Positions 7,848 to 19,126 of a stretch of DNA of 64,000 nt are shown here, piece by piece. The position numbers and the translations under genes were made by a program. The stretch is from Bacteroidales bacterium (lineage in GTDB: Bacteria; Bacteroidota; Bacteroidia; Bacteroidales; UBA7960). Each line of letters starts with the position of its first letter. The stretch's first letter is position 1. Location: assembly GCA_007125585.1 (NCBI GenBank), contig SLCY01000012.1, positions 9,627 to 73,626 of the forward strand, written 5' to 3'. The notes under the pieces are model-generated. The model did not search any database and was not told the origin of the DNA. It worked only from the letters and a program-made list of their open reading frames with translations.

Positions 7848-9155
7848 TTACACTCTCCGGATATCTGCTCCGAGGTTTTTCAGGCGGGTATCAATGAATT
7901 GATAACCCCTGTCAATTTGTTCAATATTATGGATGGTGCTTTTGCCTTCGGCACTGAGGGCGGCGATCAGCAATGCAACACCGGCGCGGATATCGGGTGA
8001 TGTCATTTCCAGCGGCTTGAGAGGGTATTGCCGGTCAAGGCCGATGACAGTGGCACGATGAGGGTCACACAGTATGATCTGGGCACCCATATCGATGAGC
8101 TTGTCAACAAAGAAAAGCCGGCTCTCAAACATTTTTTGGTGGACAAGGACACTTCCTTTGGCCTGAGTGGCCAATACCAAAACCACACTGAGAAGGTCGG
8201 GTGAAAAGCCCGGCCATGGGGCATCACTAATGGTCAGTATGCTGCCGTCTATATAGGTGTCTGCCTCGTAACGATCCAGGGAGGGAATGAACAAGTCGTC
8301 GTCATTGCGCCTTTCCAGTACCACGCCCAGTTTGCGAAAAACATCGGGGATCATTCCCAGGTGATTATAACCAACATCTTTGATAAGCAGCTCCGAACGC
8401 GTCATGGCCGCCATGGCAATAAAGCTGCCGATCTCTATCATGTCGGGCAGCATGCGATGGCGGCAGCCTTTCAGCCCATCCACACCCTCAATGGTCAGCA
8501 GATTGGATCCAATGCCTGAAATATTGGCACCCATATTGTTGAGCATCCTGCAAAGCTGTTGAATATAAGGCTCACAGGCTGCATTGTACAACGTTGTTTT
8601 GCCTTTGGCCAGGGAAGCCGCCATCACGATGTTTGCAGTTCCTGTAACGGAAGCTTCTTCGAGCAGCATATAGCAGCCATTCAACTCCTTCCCTTCAATA
8701 TGGTAGTATTGATTCTTCTTGTCGTATGTAAATGTGGCACCCAGTTTTTCCAGTCCCAAAAAATGTGTGTCCAGTCTGCGCCGCCCAATTTTATCGCCTC
8801 CGGGCCTGGGAATGGAGGCCTGGCCAAACCTGGCAAGCAGCGGGCCGAGGATCATGACGGATCCCCGCAACTGTGCGACCTTTCGCCTGAAGTGGTCATC
8901 ATACAACAGGTCAAGGTTGAGATCATCTGCACAAAAACTCACAGTGCTTGCGTTGATCCGGGTTACCCTGACACCAAAATCAGACAACAACTCAATGAGT
9001 TTGATCACATCCCGTATTTGTGGAATATTTTCCAGAACCACTTCCTCACCTGTCAGCAGCGTGGCACAGATGATCTGAAGTGCTTCGTTTTTTGCTCCCT
9101 GGGGAATGATCTCTCCACGGAGCTGCTTTCCCCCGATAATTTCAAAAGATCCCAT
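7848..9155 (-). CDS. murA: UDP-N-acetylglucosamine 1-carboxyvinyltransferase
   Basis: 435 aa. FEIIGGKQLRGEIIPQGAKNEALQI... with MurA length and architecture. Confidence 0.95.
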   Translation of the reverse strand: MGSFEIIGGKQLRGEIIPQGAKNEALQIICATLLTGEEVVLENIPQIRDVIKLIELLSDFGVRVTRINASTVSFCADDLNLDLLYDDHFRRKVAQLRGSVMILGPLLARFGQASIPRPGGDKIGRRRLDTHFLGLEKLGATFTYDKKNQYYHIEGKELNGCYMLLEEASVTGTANIVMAASLAKGKTTLYNAACEPYIQQLCRMLNNMGANISGIGSNLLTIEGVDGLKGCRHRMLPDMIEIGSFIAMAAMTRSELLIKDVGYNHLGMIPDVFRKLGVVLERRNDDDLFIPSLDRYEADTYIDGSILTISDAPWPGFSPDLLSVVLVLATQAKGSVLVHQKMFESRLFFVDKLIDMGAQIILCDPHRATVIGLDRQYPLKPLEMTSPDIRAGVALLIAALSAEGKSTIHNIEQIDRGYQFIDTRLKNLGADIRRV

Positions 9156-9257
9156 ATCCTAGATGGTTTAAAATCAACAATAGCAAAATGTGTGTGCGAG
9201 ATGATGCCCTGAATGTCAATGATACAGAAAAACAATCCCTGAAGGGACGGAAAAGGG

Positions 9258-9887
9258 TTATTGGCTTTTCCTGCTTTTGTAGGTGTAGTTCTTACCACCT
9301 GCCTGCTTCCCATGTTGCTTCTTCTTTTTGTTTTTGGAAAGGATATCATTGGTGTCATGCAACTTGACATCGTCTTGCAGGCTGAGTTTCCCGTCTGACA
9401 GTTTGGAAAGATGTTCGGCGATCTCTTCATCTGTCACTGAATCCCTGTTCCATGTCAGGTAAGACTTTTTAAGGTGGTTGGCGATCAATTGGATAAGTGT
9501 GTCTTTCATATGACCCTCTTCCAGTTCACACGCCTTTTCAATGATGCGTTCAATATGTCTTCCGTAATGCTTGAAAGTTACGTTGTTGGTGGCATATTGA
9601 AGGGGCTCGGGCTTCCGGGTGAGCGTCTCGGGCGAAGGAATCGGATAGGGCGAGTCCACATCGAGTTTGAAATCCGACATGATGAAAAGATGATCCCATA
9701 GCTTATGTTTGAAATCATTTACATCGCGCAAGTGGGGGTTCAGCTGTCCCATGACATTGATGGTGGCCCTGGCCAGGTGATTGCGTTTTTCGCGATCCTT
9801 TACAGACATGATGTACTCTATCATCTTCTGGATATTCCGGCCATATTCCGAAATATTCATCCTTGAACGGGTGGAGTTGTATTCCAT
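9258..9887 (-). CDS. DUF4290-like protein
   Basis: 209 aa. Begins MEYNSTRSRMNISEYGRNIQKMIEY. From memory, a DUF4290 gene upstream of murA is common Bacteroidetes synteny. Family assignment not verified. Confidence 0.55.
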   Translation of the reverse strand: MEYNSTRSRMNISEYGRNIQKMIEYIMSVKDREKRNHLARATINVMGQLNPHLRDVNDFKHKLWDHLFIMSDFKLDVDSPYPIPSPETLTRKPEPLQYATNNVTFKHYGRHIERIIEKACELEEGHMKDTLIQLIANHLKKSYLTWNRDSVTDEEIAEHLSKLSDGKLSLQDDVKLHDTNDILSKNKKKKQHGKQAGGKNYTYKSRKSQ

Positions 9888-9988
9888 GTTTGGGTGATAT
9901 TGGTAACAGGTTCGATTGCAGGTCGGCGGTTCTGCGTTTCAATTGATTTTGCAAAGGTAATGAATAAATCAATACAAGATAAGCACCT

Positions 9989-12295
9989 TTATTCCAATAT
10001 TTTCAGCCGGGCATACCTCAATAGCAGCAGTTTTTTCCCGGCACCGGCAAAGGAAACGGTTGCTTTGGCATTTTGTCCTTCTCCTTCCATGGCGATGATC
10101 TTTCCTTTTCCGAAGCGCTGATGGATCACTTCCATATCTACCTGCAATGATCCTGGATCGAGAATGGCATAACCGCTGTGGTCGGTGGGAGGAGGGTCCG
10201 GTGTTTCTGTACGGGATCTGTCGTTGGTTCCTGTTACTTTTGTAAAACGTTGCAGGCTTTCAGAAAAACTTTCCTGTGCCATCCTTCCCGGCGACCTGCG
10301 GCCGGTGGGGGCAAGGTAGTGCAGGAACCCAGGGTCGAGTTCATCAATAAAGCGGCTGGGTTCACAAAGATTGAAACTTCCATACCGGAAGCGGGTTTCG
10401 GCATAGGTGACCGTGGCCTGTTTCATGGCCCTTGTCAGTGCAACATAGAACAACCGTCTTTCTTCTTCCAGCTCAGCCTGGGTGTTTATCGACATCTGCG
10501 ACGGGAACAGGTTTTCTTCCACCCCTGTAATGAACACATAGGGAAACTCAAGCCCTTTGGCGGCATGGATGGTCATGAGCGACACCTTGTTCGTGTCATC
10601 CGGTTTGTCGTTCTGGGTGTCGGCATCTGTAAGCAAGGCAATGTCTTGCATAAACTCATCAAGGGTCCGCATGGCGGGCGACTCTTCTGCCCCCTCCAGG
10701 GTTTCGGTGCTGCTGACAAAATCCTTTAACCCGCTAAGGAGCTCTTCAATGTTGTCGCGCCGGTTTAAACTCTCGGGCGTGCCATCCTCAAAATACAGTT
10801 TCCGGACACCCGATTTGCTGACGATCAGTTCACCCATTTCATAGGCATTGACCTTGTAAAGCCTGGCAGAAAAACGCCTGATCATGGTAATGAACCCTGA
10901 TAGTTTTTTTATGATGCCGCTGTTGAGGCTGACATTGTATGTTGCAGGGTCAGCGGCTACCTCCCACAAGGGCTTGCCCGAATCATTGGCCGCCACCACC
11001 AGCTTGTTGACAGTCGTGGCACCAATGCCCCTTGCCGGGAAATTTATCGTGCGCAGCAGGGCATCCTCATCCATGGGGTTGATCACCAGGCGGAAATATG
11101 ACAGAAGGTCCTTGATCTCCTTCCGCTGATAAAACGACAAACTGCCAAATATCCGGTAAGGAATGTTCAGCCGGCGCAAGGCCTCTTCCATGGCCCGTGA
11201 TTGTGCATTGGTTCGATAAAGTACGGCAAAATCACTGTTGGGCAACTGCTTCTGCTGAATGATCTCAAAAATACGGCCTGCTACCCAGGAGGCCTCATCT
11301 CCCTCATTGGCCGTTTGGAGGATGTGTACCTTTTCGCCTGGCTTGTTGCTGGTCCAGAGATCTTTATAGATCTGGTTCTTGTTGTGTAGGATCAGACTGT
11401 TGGCGGCAGAAACAATATGTTGGGTGGAACGATAGTTCTGCTCCAGCTTAAATAGTTGAAGGTCAGGATAGTCATTTTTAAAATTCAGGATGTTCTGGAT
11501 GTTTGCACCACGAAAAGCATAGATGCTTTGCGCGTCATCACCGACCACACATATGTTCTCATTGTTGGCAGCCAGCTTCTTGATTATCAAATACTGTGAA
11601 AAATTTGTGTCCTGGTATTCGTCTACCAGTATATACCGGAAGCGCTGCTGGTACTTGTACAATACGTCCGGGAAATCCCTCAGCAAAACATTGGTGTTGA
11701 AGAGAAGGTCATCAAAATCCATGGCCGATGCCCTGCGCAATTTCTGTTGATAAATGCTGTATATCAGCCCCAGTTTTGGTTTTTGTGACTGGGCATCGTG
11801 GCTTTGGATCTCAATGTCTTCATTATAGTCTGTTGCTGAGATAAGGTTGTTTTTTGCATTGGAAATACGGTGCAGTACAAAGCCGGGAGCATAGGCCTTG
11901 TCATCAAGGTTTTGTTCTTTCAGGATTTTCCTGATGACACGCTTTGAGTCATCGGTGTCATAAATGGTAAACTGTGACGGATAATCGAGTTTGCTTGCTT
12001 CGGCACGCAGCATGCGTGCGAAAATGCTGTGGAAAGTGCCCATCCAGAGGCTTTTTGCCCTGGAAGGGTCTACAAGCAATGCCACCCTGTTGCGCATCTC
12101 ACGGGCTGCCTTGTTGGTGAATGTCAAAGCCAGAATGTGAAATGGCAGAACTCCCCGGCTCAGCAAATAGGCAACCCGGTAAGTAAGCACACGTGTTTTG
12201 CCACTCCCGGCCCCGGCAATGACCATTACCGGGCCCTCTGTGGCCTGAACAGCCTGCTGCTGCGGTTCGTTTAAATCTTTCAGAAAATCAACCAT
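9989..12295 (-). CDS. ATP-dependent DNA helicase, UvrD/PcrA/Rep family
   Basis: 768 aa. LNEPQQQAV...AGAGSGKTRVLTYR (motif I), ILVDEYQDTN (motif II), NYRST, TIHAAKGLEF. Confidence 0.9.
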   Translation of the reverse strand: MVDFLKDLNEPQQQAVQATEGPVMVIAGAGSGKTRVLTYRVAYLLSRGVLPFHILALTFTNKAAREMRNRVALLVDPSRAKSLWMGTFHSIFARMLRAEASKLDYPSQFTIYDTDDSKRVIRKILKEQNLDDKAYAPGFVLHRISNAKNNLISATDYNEDIEIQSHDAQSQKPKLGLIYSIYQQKLRRASAMDFDDLLFNTNVLLRDFPDVLYKYQQRFRYILVDEYQDTNFSQYLIIKKLAANNENICVVGDDAQSIYAFRGANIQNILNFKNDYPDLQLFKLEQNYRSTQHIVSAANSLILHNKNQIYKDLWTSNKPGEKVHILQTANEGDEASWVAGRIFEIIQQKQLPNSDFAVLYRTNAQSRAMEEALRRLNIPYRIFGSLSFYQRKEIKDLLSYFRLVINPMDEDALLRTINFPARGIGATTVNKLVVAANDSGKPLWEVAADPATYNVSLNSGIIKKLSGFITMIRRFSARLYKVNAYEMGELIVSKSGVRKLYFEDGTPESLNRRDNIEELLSGLKDFVSSTETLEGAEESPAMRTLDEFMQDIALLTDADTQNDKPDDTNKVSLMTIHAAKGLEFPYVFITGVEENLFPSQMSINTQAELEEERRLFYVALTRAMKQATVTYAETRFRYGSFNLCEPSRFIDELDPGFLHYLAPTGRRSPGRMAQESFSESLQRFTKVTGTNDRSRTETPDPPPTDHSGYAILDPGSLQVDMEVIHQRFGKGKIIAMEGEGQNAKATVSFAGAGKKLLLLRYARLKILE

Positions 12296-12351
12296 ATAGG
12301 GTCAGCGATCATTCGTGCCGATATGATTCGGCCAGGACTGTTGCAAATATG

Positions 12352-12359
12352 CAAAGATA
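12352..12359 (-). promoter_or_regulatory. candidate -7 box TATCTTTG for the helicase gene
   Basis: Plus strand CAAAGATA, 57 nt upstream of the ATG at 12295. Confidence 0.35.
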
Positions 12360-12624
12360 GGATTTTTGTGTGGTTTGGATGTATAGGGAAGCCGGCTTTT
12401 GGTTGTTTGCCAGGTGTGAAAGGCCCCGGTGATTATGAACACCTCCCGGGATTGCAACTTCGACAGGAAGTAATTGACATAAAGTGATTGGAGATGATTT
12501 GGGGAGTGAGGCAGCCCGTGAAAATGGCCAGAATATGTGCGGCGGCATCACTTGCAGCAAGGAAAAAACTTTTTATCTTTATCCATTGAAAAAAAGAGTC
12601 TTTTATAAAAAATACCATTTTACC

Positions 12625-13725
12625 ATGAAACCATTATTGCCCAATTTTTTGCCTGCAGTTGTTTTTTGTCTGATGGGTTTTGTTTTTTCGGGCATTTCTG
12701 CCCAGGTCCCCAATGAAAAGCTACTGAAGAACCAGGAAACCTTGCTGGAAGAGATCCGTGACCTGCGTTATCGTTTTGATGTGCTGGAAAAAGCCATTGA
12801 TGATGTGATGTGGCACAAGGTTGTCGGCGACGTTGCCTATATCGATAAGTTGTTTATGGCAGGCCCGCCGCCGCGTGATGCAGAAAAATCGACCACCTTG
12901 CGCGGTTCAAATCCCATCAAGTTCTGGACCTATGTATTTATTCCCAGGGACGTGGACCCCTCAAAGAAATATCCTTTGCTGGTGTTTCCCCACGGCGGCG
13001 TACATGGTGATTTCAACACCTATTATACACATATCATCAGGGAGTTGATGGCCCAGCAATACATTGTGGTAGCGCCTGAATACCGGGGCAGCACAGGTTA
13101 TGGGAAAGGGCTTCATCAGCTGATCGATTATGGAGGCCTTGAAAATGAAGATGTACATGAAAGCATGCTGATGATGCTGGAAAACTATGATATTGTTGAC
13201 CGGAGGAAGGTGGGGCTGATCGGATGGAGCCACGGGGGCATGATCTCGCTGATGAATGCCTTTGAGCACCCCCGTGCCTACCAGGCTGTGTTTGCCGGGG
13301 TGCCCGTGAGCGATCTGGTTGCACGGATGGGCTACAAGCGACCGGCTTATGAGATGGATTGGTTTGCAGCGGAACACCACATCGGACAAGCCGTGCATGA
13401 AAATATTGATGAATACAGGCGCCGTTCACCGGTATATCATGCCCACAAACTGGAGGTACCCCTGCTGATACATACCAATACCATTGATGAGGACGTGCAT
13501 GTGCTGGAGGTGGAAAACCTGATCAATACATTAAAAGCGCACAACAAGACGTTTGAATACCGTATATTTGAAGATATTCCGGGAGGCCATTCGTTCGATC
13601 GAATGGATCACCGCATGGGGCGCGATATCCGGTTCGGGATTTACAAATTCCTTGAACAACACCTGGGTCCGCCCAGGCCGTTTCGTAATGTTAAAGAGAT
13701 GGAACAAGCCGCTTACCGGTATTGA
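12625..13725 (+). CDS. S9 family serine peptidase / alpha-beta hydrolase, exported
   Basis: ORF-track frame 12484..13725. I start at ATG 12625 (MKPLLPNFLPAVVFCLMGFVFSGISAQ, a signal peptide). Nucleophile elbow GWSHGG and the segment APEYRGSTGYG. Confidence 0.75.
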   Translation: MKPLLPNFLPAVVFCLMGFVFSGISAQVPNEKLLKNQETLLEEIRDLRYRFDVLEKAIDDVMWHKVVGDVAYIDKLFMAGPPPRDAEKSTTLRGSNPIKFWTYVFIPRDVDPSKKYPLLVFPHGGVHGDFNTYYTHIIRELMAQQYIVVAPEYRGSTGYGKGLHQLIDYGGLENEDVHESMLMMLENYDIVDRRKVGLIGWSHGGMISLMNAFEHPRAYQAVFAGVPVSDLVARMGYKRPAYEMDWFAAEHHIGQAVHENIDEYRRRSPVYHAHKLEVPLLIHTNTIDEDVHVLEVENLINTLKAHNKTFEYRIFEDIPGGHSFDRMDHRMGRDIRFGIYKFLEQHLGPPRPFRNVKEMEQAAYRY

Positions 13726-13976
13726 CCCCACTGACCCAACCATTTTTCTAACCCGGATCGGTCATCAGAGCTTTGATCCAATCGCTAATTCGGGTTTGGC
13801 ATGATCTTAACCACCACAGGCACTTAATTGGTGGAGTCTGTTCCGGGTTGTATTTCGTTGTCATTTCACTTTTTATTCCCCGAATTGTTCCTGTGCAGAT
13901 TGCCTGTCCCCACATTGAAGGATTTTGGACGGGACAGTTAAAGGCATATTTTCCTTTAAAAAATTAAAAATATTCC

Positions 13977-13984
13977 TACCTTTG
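13977..13984 (+). promoter_or_regulatory. candidate -7 box TACCTTTG (distal, rpsL upstream)
   Basis: Exact TAnnTTTG. Part of a duplicated roughly 35-nt module (13966-14000 versus 14072-14109). Confidence 0.4.
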
Positions 13985-14084
13985 TGCCCCTCAAAAACGG
14001 GGGGATTGTATTTTCGGTGGACAGATATAAACACGGGGAATAAAATAATTTATTCGTGCTTATTGGTTTTCAAAAAATAACTTC

Positions 14085-14092
14085 TACCTTTG
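14085..14092 (+). promoter_or_regulatory. candidate -7 box TACCTTTG (proximal, rpsL upstream)
   Basis: Exact TAnnTTTG, 75 nt upstream of the rpsL ATG. Confidence 0.45.
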
Positions 14093-14166
14093 CACTCCCC
14101 AAAAAACGGAATGAATAGGATTTAACAGAATAGAAACGAAGTTTTTACATTAATTCATATTAGCGT

Positions 14167-14547
14167 ATGCCAACAATTCAGCAACTGGTTCGAAAGGGAC
14201 GTCGTAAGGTGACTTTTAAAAGCAAGTCTCCCGCCCTGGATTCCTGCCCTCAGCGTCGTGGGGTTTGTGTCCGTGTTTATACCACAACACCCAAAAAGCC
14301 TAACTCAGCCATGCGTAAGGTTGCCAGGGTAAGGCTTACCAATGGGAAGGAGGTGAATGCATATATTCCGGGTGAAGGCCACAACCTTCAGGAGCACTCC
14401 ATTGTATTGCTGCGTGGCGGCAGGGTAAAGGACTTGCCGGGTGTGAGGTATCACATCGTCCGGGGGGCATTGGATACCAGTGGTGTGGATGGTCGCAACC
14501 AACGCCGTTCAAAATATGGGACCAAACGGCCGAAGGACAAAAAATAA
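14167..14547 (+). CDS. rpsL: 30S ribosomal protein S12
   Basis: [14 protein letters not shown]...PKKPNSA(M)[11 protein letters not shown]. First gene of the str cluster. Confidence 0.97.
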   Translation: MPTIQQLVRKGRRKVTFKSKSPALDSCPQRRGVCVRVYTTTPKKPNSAMRKVARVRLTNGKEVNAYIPGEGHNLQEHSIVLLRGGRVKDLPGVRYHIVRGALDTSGVDGRNQRRSKYGTKRPKDKK

Positions 14548-14576
14548 CCTGATCAGGAAAATAAATTTCAGAACCC

Positions 14577-15044
14577 ATGAGAAAGTCGAAACCCAAGAAG
14601 CGCATATTGCTCCCGGACCCCCGGTTTAATGAGCCATTGGTGACCCGCTTTGTCAACAATTTGATGTTGAGGGGCAAAAAAAACCTTGCGTACAAAATAT
14701 TCTATGAAGCCATCGACATTGTTTCGGAAAAAACAAAAGAAGATGGTCTGGAGGTATTCAAGAAAGGGCTTGCAAATGTGACCCCTGCTGTTGAGGTGCG
14801 CAGCCGGCGTATAGGTGGTGCCACTTTCCAGATCCCGTCCGAGATACGGTCCGACAGGAAAATGTCGGTAGGGATCAAGCATCTGATCTCTTTTGCCCGC
14901 AAGCGCAACGAGAAGGGAATGGCTGCCAGGCTGGCAGGTGAGATCATCGCGGCAAGCAAAGAAGAGGGCGGCGCTTTTAAACGGAAGGAAGATACACACC
15001 GTATGGCTGAGGCCAACAAGGCATTCTCCCATTTCAGGTTTTAG
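14577..15044 (+). CDS. rpsG: 30S ribosomal protein S7
   Basis: [30 protein letters not shown]... Position between rpsL and fusA. Confidence 0.97.
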   Translation: MRKSKPKKRILLPDPRFNEPLVTRFVNNLMLRGKKNLAYKIFYEAIDIVSEKTKEDGLEVFKKGLANVTPAVEVRSRRIGGATFQIPSEIRSDRKMSVGIKHLISFARKRNEKGMAARLAGEIIAASKEEGGAFKRKEDTHRMAEANKAFSHFRF

Positions 15045-15074
15045 AAAGGCAAACAAGCGGTATTATATTAATAG

Positions 15075-17174
15075 ATGGGCAGAGATTTAAAATACACACG
15101 CAATATCGGTATCATGGCACATATCGACGCCGGCAAGACAACCACTACCGAGCGGATATTGTTTTATACCGATGTGATCCATCGCCTGGGCGAGACCCAT
15201 GATGGCGCTGCCACCATGGACTGGATGGTCCAGGAGCAGGAGCGTGGTATCACCATTACCTCTGCTGCTACTACTACCTTTTGGGATTACCAGGACAAAT
15301 CCTACAAGGTAAACATCATCGACACGCCGGGCCATGTGGATTTTACCGTTGAGGTAGAACGCAGCCTGCGGGTACTCGACGGCGCCATCGCACTGTTTTG
15401 TGCTGTTGGTGGAGTGGAACCCCAGTCGGAGACTGTCTGGCGACAGGCCGACAAATACAAGGTGCCCCGCATAAGCTTCATCAATAAGATGGACCGTGCC
15501 GGGGCCGATTTTTTTGGTGTGGTCGACAAGATCAGGGAACGCCTCGGCATGAATGCCGTGCCCCTCCAGATCCCGATAGGATATGAAGAAGACTTTAAAG
15601 GCATTGTTGACCTCATAACCAACAAAGCTTATGTCTGGGAGGACCAGACCCAGGGTGCAAGCTTTGTCGAAGTGCCTGTACCGGAAGACTTGGTGGAAAC
15701 GGTAGCGACCTATCGTACGGTCCTGGTTGAAGGATGTGCAGAAGAAAGCGAAGAGCTGCTTGAAAAATTTATCGACGACCCCGGCTCCATTTCTGAAGAA
15801 GAGATGATCGCCATCATCCGCAAAGCAACGATAGACCTTCGGATAACACCCGTGCTCTGCGGTTCTGCCTTTAAAAATAAAGGAATTCAGGCCCTGCTTG
15901 ACGCAGTGGTTAAATTCCTGCCATCACCCATGGATGTTGAGTCGATCGAGGGAACGAATCCCAAAAACGATAAGACCGAAACACGCAAGGCCGATGCAAA
16001 AGAACCTTTTGCTGCATTGGCCTTTAAAATTGCCACTGACCCCTATGTGGGACGCTTGTGCTTTTTTCGTGTCTATAGCGGCAGCCTGCAGGCAGGGTCT
16101 TATGTGCTGAACGCATCCACAAACAAGAAAGAGCGTATCTCGCGGATATTGCAGATGCACGCAAATAAACAGAACCCGATTGATCGCATAGAGGCGGGCG
16201 ACATTGGGGCGGCTGTTGGGTTCAAGAACATTCAGACAGGCGATTCACTGTGTGACGAGAAACATCCCATCCTGCTTGAGTCCATGTCCTTTCCCGAACC
16301 GGTTATCAGTGTGGCGGTCGAACCAAAGACCCAGGCCGACCTGGATAAGCTGAATGCCGCGTTGACAAAGTTGGCGGAGGAAGACCCCACGTTTGTGGTT
16401 AAGACAGATCCGGACAGTGGACAAACCCTGATCAACGGAATGGGGGAGCTGCACCTGGAGATATTGCTCGACAGGCTTGAACGGGAGTTTAAGGTGGAAG
16501 CTAACCAGGGAGCACCCCAGGTGGCCTATAAGGAGGCCATCACCACCAATGTAAAGCATCGCGAGTTGTATAAGAAACAGACAGGTGGCAAGGGAAAATT
16601 TGCCGACATCATCGTGGAGATAGGCCCCGCAGAAGAAACTGTCAAAGGCCTTCAATTTGTCGATTCAGTAAAAGGAGGCAATATCCCCAGGGAATTCATC
16701 CCCTCGGTAGAAAAAGGCTTCAGGATGGCCATGCAGAATGGAGTCCTGGCCGGTTATCCATTGGAGAGCCTCAAAGTTACCCTTCTTGACGGCTCTTATC
16801 ACAATGTCGATTCTGACGCTTTGTCGTTTGAACTGGCTGCAAAAATGGCTTTTAGAAATGCCTGCAAAAAAGCCAGGTCCGTCTTGCTGGAACCCATTAT
16901 GAAGCTTGAGGTGGTAACCCCCGAGGAATATCTGGGCGACGTGGTGGGCGACATCAACCGCCGCAGAGGTCACCTGAATGGGATATCCACAAGGGTAAAC
17001 CTGCAGGTGGTGGATGCCCAGGTGCCGCTTTCGGAGATGTTCGGTTATGTGACGGCATTGCGCACATTGACAAGCGGCAGGGCCCTTTCGACCATGGAGT
17101 TCTCCCATTTCCAGGAAACGCCAAAAGATATTGCAGATGAAGTGATTGAAAAACTTTATGGTGTAAAATATTGA
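15075..17174 (+). CDS. fusA: elongation factor G
   Basis: 699 aa. [33 protein letters not shown]. Confidence 0.97.
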   Translation: MGRDLKYTRNIGIMAHIDAGKTTTTERILFYTDVIHRLGETHDGAATMDWMVQEQERGITITSAATTTFWDYQDKSYKVNIIDTPGHVDFTVEVERSLRVLDGAIALFCAVGGVEPQSETVWRQADKYKVPRISFINKMDRAGADFFGVVDKIRERLGMNAVPLQIPIGYEEDFKGIVDLITNKAYVWEDQTQGASFVEVPVPEDLVETVATYRTVLVEGCAEESEELLEKFIDDPGSISEEEMIAIIRKATIDLRITPVLCGSAFKNKGIQALLDAVVKFLPSPMDVESIEGTNPKNDKTETRKADAKEPFAALAFKIATDPYVGRLCFFRVYSGSLQAGSYVLNASTNKKERISRILQMHANKQNPIDRIEAGDIGAAVGFKNIQTGDSLCDEKHPILLESMSFPEPVISVAVEPKTQADLDKLNAALTKLAEEDPTFVVKTDPDSGQTLINGMGELHLEILLDRLEREFKVEANQGAPQVAYKEAITTNVKHRELYKKQTGGKGKFADIIVEIGPAEETVKGLQFVDSVKGGNIPREFIPSVEKGFRMAMQNGVLAGYPLESLKVTLLDGSYHNVDSDALSFELAAKMAFRNACKKARSVLLEPIMKLEVVTPEEYLGDVVGDINRRRGHLNGISTRVNLQVVDAQVPLSEMFGYVTALRTLTSGRALSTMEFSHFQETPKDIADEVIEKLYGVKY

Positions 17175-17200
17175 ATTCACCCATTAAAAATTGATAAACC

Positions 17201-17506
17201 GTGAGTCACAAAATTCGAATCAAGTTAAAATCATACGATTACAACCTGGTAGATAAGTCTGCCGAGAAAATCGTCAAGACAGTGAAGACCACCGGTGCAG
17301 TTGTTAACGGACCCATTCCGTTGCCCACAAATAAGAAGAAATTTACCGTGTTGCGTTCACCATTTGTCAATAAGAAGTCCAGGGAACAGTTTCAATTGTG
17401 TTCTTACAAAAGGCTGATGGATATTTATTCGTCTTCCTCAAAAACCGTGGATGCATTGATGAAGCTCGAATTGCCCAGCGGTGTCGAGGTGGAGATCAAG
17501 GTTTAG
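17201..17506 (+). CDS. rpsJ: 30S ribosomal protein S10
   Basis: 101 aa. (GTG)[17 protein letters not shown]...GPIPLPT. GTG start read in the sequence. Confidence 0.95.
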   Translation: MSHKIRIKLKSYDYNLVDKSAEKIVKTVKTTGAVVNGPIPLPTNKKKFTVLRSPFVNKKSREQFQLCSYKRLMDIYSSSSKTVDALMKLELPSGVEVEIKV

Positions 17507-17551
17507 GGATAAGAAACAAATCCAGTTGCGCAAAAGTTAAAACGACAAGAG

Positions 17552-18181
17552 ATGTCAGGAATCATTGGAAAAAAAATAGGTATGACCAGCATATTTGATG
17601 CCGGCGGGAAAAACATCCCGTGCACGGTCATTGAGGCTGGTCCATGTGTTGTTACCCAGATAAGGACAAAAGAGAAGGATGGCTACGAAGCTATCCAGCT
17701 GGCTTTCGATGAAAAGCGGGAAAAGCTGTGTTCGAAACCTTTAAAAGGCCATTTTGACAAGGCGAAAACCACACCAAAAAAAGTGGTGGCCGAGTTTACC
17801 CGTTTTGAGTCAGGCCACCAGAAACAATTTGGCGATGTCCTCACAGCAGATATTTTCATTGAAGGGGAGTATATTGATGTGGTAGGTGTCAGCAAGGGAA
17901 AGGGATTTCAGGGCGTTGTGAAACGGCATGGCTTTTCCGGTGTTGGTCAGGCGACCCACGGCCAGCATAACCGCCTTCGTGCCCCCGGCTCCCTTGGAGC
18001 CTCTTCATGGCCTTCCAGGGTCTTTAAAGGCATGCGGATGGGTGGCCGTACCGGAGGCAACAGGGTAAAAATGATCAACCTTCAGATCATGAAGCTGATC
18101 CCCGAAAAAAACATCGTTGTTGTTAAAGGCTCTGTGCCAGGGCCCATTGGATCATATTTAATTCTGGAAAGATGGAGTTAG
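17552..18181 (+). CDS. rplC: 50S ribosomal protein L3
   Basis: [16 protein letters not shown]...[13 protein letters not shown]. Confidence 0.96.
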   Translation: MSGIIGKKIGMTSIFDAGGKNIPCTVIEAGPCVVTQIRTKEKDGYEAIQLAFDEKREKLCSKPLKGHFDKAKTTPKKVVAEFTRFESGHQKQFGDVLTADIFIEGEYIDVVGVSKGKGFQGVVKRHGFSGVGQATHGQHNRLRAPGSLGASSWPSRVFKGMRMGGRTGGNRVKMINLQIMKLIPEKNIVVVKGSVPGPIGSYLILERWS

Positions 18182-18825
18182 CAGTATATAATATTGACGG
18201 AAGCAAGACAGCGAAAACCGTTGATTTGAATGAGGCTGTCTTTGGGATCAAACCCAATGACCACGCCATATACCTTGATGTAAAACATCATATGGCGAAA
18301 CGTCGGCAGGGAACCCACAAAACCAAAGAGCGTGGTGAGGTAAAAGGGAGCACCAGGAAGATGCGCCGGCAGAAAGGAACAGGCGCTGCCAGGGTGGGTG
18401 ATATCAAATCGCCGATACTGCGTGGTGGCGGTGTTACCTTTGGCCCCAGGCCAAGGGATTACAGCTTCAAGCTCAACAAGAAACTCAAAATCCTTGCCCG
18501 AAAATCTGCCCTTTCATACAAGGTAAAAGATGATAAGCTTCTGGTATTGGAAGATTTCGCCATGCAAGAGCCCAAGACAAAAAAATACCTGGAGATCCTG
18601 AAGCGCTTTGACCTGGACGATAAAAAATCCCTTTTGGTATTGCCTGAGTATGATCGAATGATTCAGCTATCATCCAGGAATATTCCCAGGGCCATTGTTG
18701 CCAAAGCTTCCCAGTTGAACACCTACATGATCTTGAATGCAGACAGGTTGTTGGTGCTGGAAAGTTCCATCAGGGAAATAGAGAATGTATTACTGAAAAA
18801 TAACGATCCCGTAAATAACAAGTAA
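18172..18825 (+). CDS. rplD: 50S ribosomal protein L4
   Basis: 217 aa. [29 protein letters not shown]. 10-nt overlap with rplC. Confidence 0.95.
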   Translation: MELAVYNIDGSKTAKTVDLNEAVFGIKPNDHAIYLDVKHHMAKRRQGTHKTKERGEVKGSTRKMRRQKGTGAARVGDIKSPILRGGGVTFGPRPRDYSFKLNKKLKILARKSALSYKVKDDKLLVLEDFAMQEPKTKKYLEILKRFDLDDKKSLLVLPEYDRMIQLSSRNIPRAIVAKASQLNTYMILNADRLLVLESSIREIENVLLKNNDPVNNK

Positions 18826-18826
18826 A

Positions 18827-19120
18827 ATGGAAGTTCTTATCAAGCCACTAATTACTGAGAAGATGACGGCGGTTACTGAGAAGTACCCCAATCGCTACGG
18901 CTTTATCGTTGACCGGCGGGCTTCAAAATCGCAGATCAAGGCAGCGGTTGAAGAGATGTACGATGTAACGGTAGCTTCTGTCAATACCATGGTATATCTT
19001 GGCAAGCGTCAGATGCGATATACCCGTACCGGTTTCCAGTCAGGCAGAAAAAATAGTTTTAAAAAGGCCATCGTCACGTTAAACGAAGGCCAGACAATTG
19101 ATTTTTACAGCAATATATAA
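18827..19120 (+). CDS. rplW: 50S ribosomal protein L23
   Basis: 97 aa. Canonical position between rplD and rplB. LIKPLITEK... Confidence 0.95.
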   Translation: MEVLIKPLITEKMTAVTEKYPNRYGFIVDRRASKSQIKAAVEEMYDVTVASVNTMVYLGKRQMRYTRTGFQSGRKNSFKKAIVTLNEGQTIDFYSNI

Positions 19121-19126
19121 CGATTC

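Noticed and set aside
12484-12624. N-terminal extensions of the longest-ORF calls. Affected ORFs: 12484, 23665, 24402, 28059, 30732, 46887, 49208, 52544, 54122, 62262 on the + strand, and 57737 on the - strand.
   Set aside because: In each case an internal ATG gives the canonical N-terminus (signal peptide or conserved family start). It also removes overlap with the upstream gene, a terminator or the non-coding repeat. Several extended starts are TTG or GTG.
13773-13967. 64-aa ORF (TTG start) in the 441-nt region upstream of rpsL.
   Set aside because: It has a non-ATG start, no promoter box ahead of it and an unremarkable hydrophobic/His-rich translation. The region is better explained as a terminator-like hairpin (13901-13945) plus tandem promoters.
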